DNA of 64,000 bases from Klebsormidium nitens. Its lineage: Eukaryota > Plantae > Klebsormidiophyceae. The notes under the pieces were generated by a model. It made no database searches, had not been told where the DNA came from, and saw only the letters and a program-made list of their open reading frames with translations. Location of the stretch: contig DF237095.1 in assembly GCA_000708835.1 (NCBI GenBank), forward strand, positions 1-64,000. Direction: 5' to 3'. Numbering within the stretch: position 1 is the first letter of the stretch; each line of letters starts with the position of its first letter. The position numbers and the translations under genes were made by a program. Below are positions 46,401-56,150 of this stretch, in pieces.

Positions 46401-49315
46401 GGGAGTGACGGACCAGAGCAAAAGTTAGCGGCAGGCGCTGCAAAAGGGGGGGCGGTGCTGACGTCAGCAGGAGAAGGGGAGGCGGGTGGGGCGGCAGAGG
46501 ATGGAGCTGCAGTGCTGACGTCAGCAGCTGGCTCTTCTGGAGGGGAAGGAGCGGAGCTGTGGTCCGCAGTTGCTCCTGTCGAAAATAAGGCGCCGGTGCT
46601 GACGACAGCATCTGAAAAGACGGCCGGCGGGGTACTTTATCGGGGGGCTTCCTTGGACGGGCTTGCCCCAGAGCCAGGCCCCCTGGGGAGAAGCAGGAGT
46701 GCAGCAGTTATCCTAACTTCTGCGGTTAGCGTTAACTCGGACACAAACCCAGGGGACGACGACTCGGTTGCGGGATACGGCACGCCAGGATCTCACTTCA
46801 CGACGTTCTCAACCGACGAGCGGTTTTTCACACCGGACCGGAGCCTGTCGGCGTTTTTGACGCCGATGTCGGCCGCTTATGCGACCCCTGACGAGGGCTT
46901 TTTCACACCAGAGCGGCTGGCAAGGAGCGCCTCTGCGTCGCCAGCGCTCTCAAGGGGCAGCGCCCGGAGTGTGAATAGACTTCCCCCGAGACCAAGCGAT
47001 TGGAACGCTAGAAAAGAGGGGCTTAGTGTAAGTGAGGGGACGGGTTCGACAACATTAGAGGGGCAGAGCGAGGCGGTGCCGGTGATTGAGCCAAGCACTG
47101 CGGACAGTGTAAGTACGGTCAAGCCTAATGTTGGGCCCTCGGAAAGGGGGGGTGAGAACGCAGGGGACAGTCAGGTTGGAGGAGAGTCGTCAGAGGGAGG
47201 AAGCGCGAGGCATGAGTTGGGGGAAGGTGTGAACAGCGGCTTGCTGGAACCGGTGGTGGTGCGCGAAAGCCGGCCACTCCACTCGCACATCCCGGAAGCA
47301 GGATCTGTGAGCCACCCCCAAAACTTGGAAGCATCGCAGATTGCGGACGATTCCGCAACTAGTAGTGCGGACGCTCCCCAGCTTTCTTCGGGTAAAGCGG
47401 AGCAGGGTGTGAATGGGCCCAAGAAGCGGGGTGTGAACGGGCCCGCCGAACTGCTGCTAGTGGTGGAGGACGGGAGTTCGCTGACCGCGCTGGGGCAGGG
47501 GCCCGTTCACACTTCCGCCGCTCAGCCCTTTGTCAGTCTCGGCTGGGCTAGCGTAACCCCTGCCGGTTTAACCATCAGGAAGACGGCGCAGGGGAGTGGA
47601 ATCCCGGGGCAAAAAGCCCCCCGGGTCGTGACGCGGAACAAGCGCCGGCTGTATGGGGGAGCCTCGGGGGAGAGCCCCGAGCGGCCAGAGGGCCCTTTAA
47701 ACATGACACCTGCTGGATTTTCAAGGGCGGAAAGTGCAGAAGATCGGCTGACAGGGCCCGAAGCCGAGAAAGCCGCCGAGTGGCTGTGGACGCTGCACCG
47801 GATCGTTGTCGACGTCGTGCGGACGGATCGGAACCTTGAGTTCTATGACGTCACCAGCAACGTGGCGCGCATGGCGGACATTCTGGCGGTGTACGCGTGG
47901 CTGGATCCGGAGGTCGGCTACTGCCAGGGGATGAGCGACCTGCTGTCGCCCTTCGTCGTGCTCTTCGAGGTATGTGTCTCTCCTTTTTCGATGTGAATAA
48001 TGCTTCCCCTTTTTGTCCGATCCTGCGACTCCGTAAAAGGGTCGACTCTGATTTGGAGGTGGGCTACTGCCGAGGATGAGCGACCTGCTTCGAAATACGT
48101 GGTGCTTTGAGGTAGTTCTTCTCCATTGTTTACCAGGAGAAAATCTTACTTTCATTTGATTCCTCCAAATGAAAATTCTCTGAATTCGCTGCTGCCAGAG
48201 TTACCCGCTGTCGCTCCTTGCGGTGCTCATTGAAGTGCCTTCCCCGACGTGTCTTACTCATCATCTTTCTCCTCTCCGTTCTGGCCCGCCTGCCGCTTCT
48301 TTGCATTTTCGACTCAGGTCGATATAAGAGGTTCGTCTCCCTTTTGGGTCAATCGCGAGAACGACTCAACAGTGCTTCTCAAAATTTGCTCCGATCCCTC
48401 CGTAAACCTCTGTGCAGGATGATGCGGACGCGTTCGGGTGCTTTGCCCCGCTCATGCGCCGCGTGCGTCACAACTTCGGCATGCCCGTATTTGCGGGCGT
48501 GCTCCGGCAGGACTCTTTATGATCCAAGACCCTACACTCACAACCTGAAACCCTTCAAAATCTTTGCAGGATGACGCCGACGCCTTTTGGTGCTTCGCCC
48601 GGCTCATGCGCCGCGTGCGCCACAACTTCGGCAAGCGCGCCGCCGTGGGCGCACTACGCTTGCTTGACCCAAAATCTTTTTGATTCTTAGAAGTTCTGAA
48701 GTTTATATCTTTGACTCTTAACCCCATATCGTGCAGGATGATGCGGACGCGTTTTGGTGCTTCGCCCGGCTGATGCGCCGCATGCGCCACAACTTCGGCA
48801 TGCGGGGCCCCGTGGGCGTGCTCCGCCAGCTGGACCGCCTGCGCGAGATTGTCGCGGCCACCGATCCGACGGTCGGGGAGCACTTGCGCGCCGCAGAAGC
48901 CGACAACTTTCTCTTCGCGTTCCGCATCCTTCTCGTAATGTTTCGACGAGAGCTTAGTTTCAGTCAGGTGCTCACGCTTTGGGAGATGCTCTGGGCGGCG
49001 GACTTTGATCTGGAAAAGGGCGGAGCAGAAGAGGCGCTTTTCGGGGGGGTAAGGGATTCGGGGCTCGCCGAGGGGGGAAAGGAGGAGGGCGGGGAAGGGG
49101 GGGGGTGCGAGGACGAGTTGTGCGTGTTTTGCGTGGCCGCGATTTTGCACCATAACCGCACGAGGTTGAGGAAAGAGGTGCGCGAAATGGACGATGCGGT
49201 GAAGCTATTCAACGCAATGGAGTTGAGAGTAGATGTGCGCAGCTGCGTTGAGCGCGCGATCAAGCAGAGAAAAGCGTTTTGGCGCAAGACCGAGAAGAAG
49301 GCGAAAGTGATCTAG
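43422..49315 (+). CDS. TBC-domain Rab GTPase-activating protein (Gyp7/TBC1D15-like) with a large low-complexity insertion (~1,214 aa)
   Basis: Exons 43422-43646, 43978-44093, 44714-44912, 45444-47969 and 48737-49315; phase-consistent, total 3,645 nt. Motifs: GLTAKAWRKAFDTEG, GGVNPSIRPEVWELLLG, IVVDVVRTDR (arginine finger), GYCQGMSDLLSP (glutamine finger), DAFWCF, FLFAFR.LLVMFRRE, LWE.LWA. Confidence 0.92.
48030..48736 (+). repeat. Copies of the exon-4 end and exon-5 start in TBC intron 4
   Basis: Exon-4 end copy ggaggtgggctactgccgaggatgagcgacctgc...tttgag|gtag at about 48055-48115. Acceptor plus exon-5 start gcag|gatgaYgcSgacgc...cacaacttcggca is copied at ~48415 and ~48566 (real at 48733). 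Confidence 0.9.
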
Positions 49316-52300
49316 AGAATGACGCTCGCTAGAAGTTACTGCTGTGCGCGAGGCCAACGATGAACACGGAGCGCACACTTGGTCAAAAGTCGGATACACA
49401 AAGCTGTACAGATGCGTTGATCCTCTGTAGCTACTAACTAATGATAGGGCATGTGTTGGGCCGAGCTTTGACTTTGTTATGCTAGGTGAGCTGTCGTTGG
49501 GCGTGACGATAAGATACAAACGGATCAGCAGCAGGCTAGCTAGCTAAAACTTACGGTATGTCATAGCACGAAGGTAATTCTGGGCACTTGCAGGTTAGCC
49601 GAGCCCCCCATGGTTGGTGCAATCATCTGTCCGACGTGCTTTGCACGTATCTCCGACACTAAGCCGTGTTTATACCGTCATGCATGCCGTTCGATTCCAT
49701 CTGCGAGCTTGCTGCAAGGATTTGGCGCGGCCGCCATGCACATGACCCGTATAATTTTTTACAAGTACACGTGTCGCCAGATCCTCTCGGATCACGACCA
49801 GGCCGCGCACTGAGTCTACGCGCAGCAAGTGTTTATCCAACATGCAGTCGACGGTTGGATCTTGATCGAGGAAATGTGCTTTCGCGCCGCCCTAGGCTTG
49901 TACAACGGACAAAAACCTAATTGTGCTTTTGCACCAAAAGTAAATGGTCACGTTAATCGACTATCAGTATGTATGTCCAACACAACTGTTATTGCGCCTC
50001 TAACATGTTCAATAATGAGTCCTGAAATTACCGGGACAGCAGCGCGACGAATGTCAGGCTGGGGTCACTCGCATGCATAGTTTACTAGTTAGCTTACGTC
50101 ATGCAAGAGAACCTTAATTGGTGTTTGTATACCGTCATGGATATCATCGATGATAAGAGATCGAACAGAAGCTTCAAGCCGTGATGCAAGGTCCGAGTAT
50201 TTGACAGAGTAAGGATTACTTTGGCTTTGCGACGGACGTGGATGTTCAGGGCAAGCTTCCGGAACTACCGCGCGCGCATGGAGCTCGTCCCCGAGAATCT
50301 TGGTGGTAAAGTCACTCGAGATTGGCAATGAATGACGTCTGCTAGAAGAAGAAAAGAGAGGACACCTGGTCTCGACTCTCGGAGGAACTGGTCAACGGAA
50401 AGGTCGGATCTCATAACGAGGTTCGAACCATCTAGCTCAATGCGGGCCTTGGACCGCGTTGATCTTGATCTTGATCTTGATGGCGGGTTACGGTACCGAG
50501 TTCGCTTTGTTCGTTTGACAGCTGGCTCGATGGGCGCCCCTGAAATTCGCCCACTGTCTGAGGACTCGACGCTCCGCAACAGGGATCTGTAGCGGCGCTT
50601 TCCTAAGGCGAGGGTGCCTGCTCGCATAACTTTCAAACTTCAGCCCGTTTGATGCCAAAATGGACGGGCGAGAAGCAGTGCAAGTTCAGCCGAGAAATCC
50701 GTTAAAAGATCGACTTTTCCGAGTGATCCGAGCCACTTCCAACATCCCGAGACACGGAGTGCTAGTTTCGTTGCAGCGGGAGTGTGGGGTTGAGCACTTT
50801 TGGTTTGAATCACCTGGAGAAAGCTAGAACTGCAACGAGACCCTCAACTGGACTACCTTGAAACTACTGCTTCCACCGATAGATGCCCGGCCGTCCTTCG
50901 CAACAGGCTGAGCGACGGGATCAGTACGTGACGCATCGGTTCCAACATCGGACGTTCTAGCCAAGTCGTCCTTCTTTTCAATAGTCCGGCTGGTCAAACT
51001 AAGGGCGAAAAGAAGACAGAATGACTTGTATAAAGCTCTGTGGTAGAGAATGAACGTTATGCAGCCTTTGAGTCGTTTTGAGCGCCCTACTTTTACTTTT
51101 CTACAAAAGTACAGAGTCTGATGAGCACGCAGTCGAGCGCAATCCCGTGTAAAGGTTTCACACGAGCAGCGCTTTCCAACCCAGACCTCTGTCGCCTATG
51201 TGAGTTCTGGCGAACGTTCCGGGCAAAAAGATTGCTGTGTGCGCGAAAAGATGGGTTTCGCTTGCAGGGGGCCGTTCTTTCTTGTGGGGCTCGTGCTGGC
51301 CTTTACTTGCGATCAGGTGAGGGTCGTCAAAGATCATGGACCCAATCGTTCGCGTTTTGTTTGCCGTAAGCCAATTCCAGAATTGCACGTCTGGTTGACG
51401 TGCAAACAGTACTTGCTTCTCTATTCAAGCAAGAATGCTGAAACTATCAAGAATCACAGAGATTTGATATGTGCGCGGTTGGGCTTGCTTGGAAGCAAGA
51501 GAGACAGAGCTGAAGTATTTTGACGGGCGATCCTTTTAGTACTCAGAAAAGAGCAACCGATCATCAGCCAGCCTGGGTTGCCCTGACAAGAAGCAGAAGC
51601 TTTCCCTTAAAACAGAATTAGGAGCTACATTCGTGAAAGTAGCCTGTCATGAAGCAGAAACTTGATTCTAGAGCAGCTGTAAGAGACTCTTTTCGTAGAA
51701 GTCACTCTCTCGAACTCAGAAAAGTCTCCTTAAACGCAAGTATTTCCTGCAGGCATTTGCCGGTCGCGGCACGCCCCCCCACGCCGGGGAGGCTCAGCTG
51801 CCCTTTGAGGGCTTAGAGTCGGCCAGCCTTAATTCCACCAGCCGCAAGCTTCTGCAATGTGAGTTTCGTTCTGGATTGAAAAGAGGTTGAAGTTGTCGAA
51901 CACGGTTCTCAACATCGAGACAGGTTCTATATGTTGCTTAACCTCTCCTTAACCTCCTTTCATGGCACTTCTCATCTCAAGATCTCAATAAACTCTACGA
52001 TTGCTGTAGCTGAGGGTGAAATTAGGCCTCCTTATAGTAATAGTAAGCATCTTCGCTCTTTGGAATGCTGCCTCCGCACGCAGGGGGATCATATTCTCAG
52101 AAATTGGTATTTGATTGCTGGACGTAAAGAGAGCATGATAACAAGAGCTTCTATAATTTGGCCCTCCTTCAATCCGAACTGAACCCCGAAAGATTTCGTC
52201 GCTGATGTGCTGCAGAGAGTGTAATCAGCAGCAAACACCGCTTCCACAAAGTCCTTGAACACAATATTTCGCGGCCTCCTCTCTTTCCAAGAGCTTAGTT

Positions 52301-55189
52301 TCCTCCCATCTCACGTGAAAAGTGCCCGCATCTCCTATGCCTCTCGACATTACCCGTCTCACTAAACAGCTGATCCGTCGCATGCCTTTGCTAGCCTAGT
52401 AGTACGCAAGGGCTTTGAATAGAAGCGTCCGACCTTTCCACCCGCAGCGGTTCAGTGTCCCAGTGATACCCAGGACGTCACCTGTGACGTCATCCCCGCT
52501 CCAGCTGTGCCTCCCCCCGTCCGAACCTTGTACCTACTCTGTTGCCCCGGCTGAGTCTGCCCGAGCTTTCCGCTAACTACACGGGGTCCCCAGTGTGTGG
52601 ATTACGGGCTTCGAGGTTGGTGTGATAATCTCGATTTTGCATTGGGTTGAGTTCCTCGAGCTGAAACAAATGAGAATCCTAAACCCCAAGTCAACGTGCT
52701 CCGCACCCTTACCCATGTTCAACCCCTGAAGAAGGATTGCTTCTTTTGTGTCCTCCCGGGTCCCAATCTGCCACCAGTTACGCCCCTAAAAGTCAGAAAG
52801 TAGGAAGCGTATCGCAGCGGATTATTCAGAATATGAGTTCTCATCCGTGATAATCTGTTAAAAGTACTAAAGTAAAGCAAAACCCGTCTCTCCAGCACAC
52901 ACACAGTACTCATCACTCTGACTGACATGCCTATGGCATCGCAGAGTTGTCTCCTGCATGTTGAACGGTGTTCATTAAGCACCTTAGAACCTATCCAACC
53001 GAATGAGACCGGCTGTATTTTATTCACGCTAGCCAGGCGCTACCCATGCTGAATCGGACATTAGATGAAACCAAAGAGTCAGATCATTGTATTGAGTTGC
53101 TTTCAAATCATGACTGACAATGACGTATGAATGGAATTGGAACAAGGATAGAGCAGCCACCATGTCAATCTCTGTTACTAAAGTCGTCAGTCGACTCGCT
53201 TGTCGATCTCTGGCAAACAAGTGCGAGTTCTTCGACATGCTCGCTTTCAACTAAGATTTACGCCCGTCTCTGATAAACCTTTTGCAGTGGCCGTACCTTT
53301 GCCGACACCCCCTCTGCCTTCTGGCGTAGTGACTCCCTCTTCAACTCCGACGTCAGGTACGGTCCAATTTATAGAACCGGCCCACTACAAGTCGCCTATT
53401 CGAAGGATTACATCCTGAAGAACCTGTTAATCACCTCCTCAAGCGCTTCGTAAACGGTCAAGCACCCCAGCCGGACTCTACCCAACTTCAGTGAGAATAC
53501 ATTCATCTGCGAAGCCGTTCTACTATCGTGATCAATCCGATAAAACTTCACAAGGGCCCGACTCAGAGCCTTGGATTCCACCAGATCCAAAAATGTGCCG
53601 AGCGGCTATGATTCTTCGCCAACAGCGACACTGAATCTGCTCGTTTGCAGCCCCGTTACCCATAACTGGGCCCGCCCGAACCGCGTGGTCAACCTGGTCA
53701 ACAGCTGCTTCTCGCCGGTTGGAATCACGTTAGCGAGCAACACAACAAACGGCGATTTCTGGCGCATCTTCCAGCCCAACGGAGCCGCGCTCGCGGCCGC
53801 GCCCGCGACGTTCAACCTACCGCCCGGCGGCGCGCAAAACAATCTGCTGCTGATCAACACTTCGCCGTTTCCTTCGGTGGGTCGATTGCTTCAAGTTGTT
53901 CAATCGCGCTTTTCCTGGCCGTTAATATATTCGTTCCGGATCCGAAGTTATGGCTTCGACGCCGGTAGCTCGATTGCTTAAGTTCGAGTCATCGCTTTGC
54001 TGGCGGTGTATCAAGCTAGTCAATATTCTGAACTTGTAACTTCGACAATGTCGCGTACTTCTTGTCCTTCCGCTTGGATGCAGCCACAGATCCGAGTTTA
54101 CTTGGTTTGATTGCTTTTGATATGTCCGAGGTGGCTTTGCATGTCTCCTATCAAGCGCTTTTGAGTCCTTTTGGAGAGATCAGACGAGTTAGAGGCCTCC
54201 GTTTTGGAAGAAACTTTTGATGTATTTCTTCCCCTCTGCAACCTATCTATTGGGCTCTCGAAACTCAGATCTAGATATACTTCAACCTTCCACTTCTGTA
54301 GCCGTCGCACGGATGCAAAAGACGGCTCTTCTACCGCAAAAGCACGCTTTGTCGATCAAGAATGTATGATGCGATGCAATCAGATTTTCTGTAAGTCTAC
54401 CTGACTGTTCATTATTAGTTGCTCATAACTCAAACAAGAACAACGTGTGGACCGCGCCCTTCTCTCTTTTTGCCTTCATCGCTGATACTTCACTCATACT
54501 CTCCTTAGCTTGCAGAGAAATCCGCGCACGGGGGGTATTCTCGTTACCCCCCTTCCGCCCACGCTCGTTCCGCCCAGTCCGCCCGGCGTGGACGGACTCT
54601 TCATCAGCAGCACCACCGACCCGTTCGCGGCAAGCACCGTCACCCTCCCGGGCGCACCCGGGGTATTCACATTCGCCTCGCTGCAGAGCGCCAACCCCAG
54701 TGTAACTGCGGCCCCGGTCGTCATTGCTGTGACGATCTTTTGTCCCCGCTTGTTGCCCGTGAACACTCCCCCAGTCACTACTCCACCGGCTGGGGGGGTG
54801 GTAACTTTGCCTGCGAAGACCCCCCCGGTCACTACGCCGCCGGTTGGGGGGGTGGTGACTCCACCGGTGAGCACCCCCCCGATTGTCATTCCCCCGGCCA
54901 CAACCACGACTCCTCCAATCATCACCCCCCCGGCTATAACGACCCCGGTCACGGCCCCCCCCGTCACAACTACCCTGGCCATCACTCCCCCGGCCACCCT
55001 TACTCCCCCCCCGATCGGACCGGTTTTCCCGACCCCTAGCCTGCCTATACCGTTGACAGGAGGCGGTGCAGCTGGTTTACCGCTTTTCTATCCGGGGGTC
55101 CCCGAGGCCCCGCCTCTTGCGCAGGGCCCGAAGCTAGTGCCGTTGCCATCCACACCGCCCCCGAAGAGCCCTTCCCCGTCCCCCGACCG

Positions 55190-56150
55190 CCCCGGTCACG
55201 ACCGCAACTGTGATTACTACCCCTGCCGCGGCCACAACCGCCCCGGCCACCGCTGCGCCAAAGACTACTGCCCCGGCCACAACCGCCCAGGCAACTATTG
55301 CGCCGGTTACGACTGCCCTGGCGACCAGTGCCCCGGCTACAACCGCCCCGGCCACAACTGCCCCGGTCACTGCTGCGCCGATCACTACTGCCCCGGCCAT
55401 AACCGCCCCGGTCACTACTGCCCCGGTTACAACTGCCCCGGCTACAGCTGCGCCGAAGACTACCGCCCCGGCCACAACTGCCCCGGCCACGAGTGTCTCA
55501 GCCCCGGTCATAACCGCCCCAGCAACCACTGAGCCGGCGACTACTGCGCCAAAGACCACAGCTCCCCCGACCACCACTGCGCCAAAGACNNNNNNNNNNN
55601 NNNNNNNNNNNNNNNNNNNNNNNNNNNNNNNNNNNNNNNNNNNNNNNNNNNNNNNNNNNNNNNNNNNNNNNNNNNNNNNNNNNNNNNNNNNNNNNNNNNN
55701 NNNNNNNNNNNNNNNNNNNNNNNNNNNNNNNNNNNNNNNNNNNNNNNNNNNNNNNNNNNNNNNNNNNNNNNNNNNNNNNNNNNNNNNNNNNNNNNNNNNN
55801 NNNNNNNNNNNNNNNNNNNNNNNNNNNNNNNNNNNNNNNNNNNNNNNNNNNNNNNNNNNNNNNNNNNNNNNNNNNNNNNNNNNNNNNNNNNNNNNNNNNN
55901 NNNNNNNNNNNNNNNNNNNNNNNNNNNNNNNNNNNNNNNNNNNNNNNNNNNNNNNNNNNNNNNNNNNNNNNNNNNNNNNNNNNNNNNNNNNNNNNNNNNN
56001 NNNNNNNNNNNNNNNNNNNNNNNNNNNNNNNNNNNGACCACCACTGCGCCAAAGACTACCGCCCCGACCACTACTGCCCCGGCCACAACTGCCCCGGCGA
56101 CTACCGCGCCGGCGACCACTGCCCCGGCGACCAGTGCCCCGGCCACGCCC
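55190..56150 (+). repeat. Coding tandem repeat, 15-nt unit (acVactgccccggYc = TTAPA/TTAPV/TTAPK)
   Basis: Read directly on both sides of the gap; the 55210-56190 ORF reads TTAPATAAPKTTAPATT... Confidence 0.9.
55590..56035. other. Assembly gap (N run) within the TTAP repeat
   Basis: Continuous N. Confidence 1.

Noticed and set aside
49600-50640. Minus-strand fragments (RNPPSRSRSRSTRS..., VIREDLATRVLVKNYTGHVHG) hinting at a gene or transposase zinc-finger remnant
   Set aside because: The fragments could not be joined in phase with available splice sites, and the similarity is too weak.
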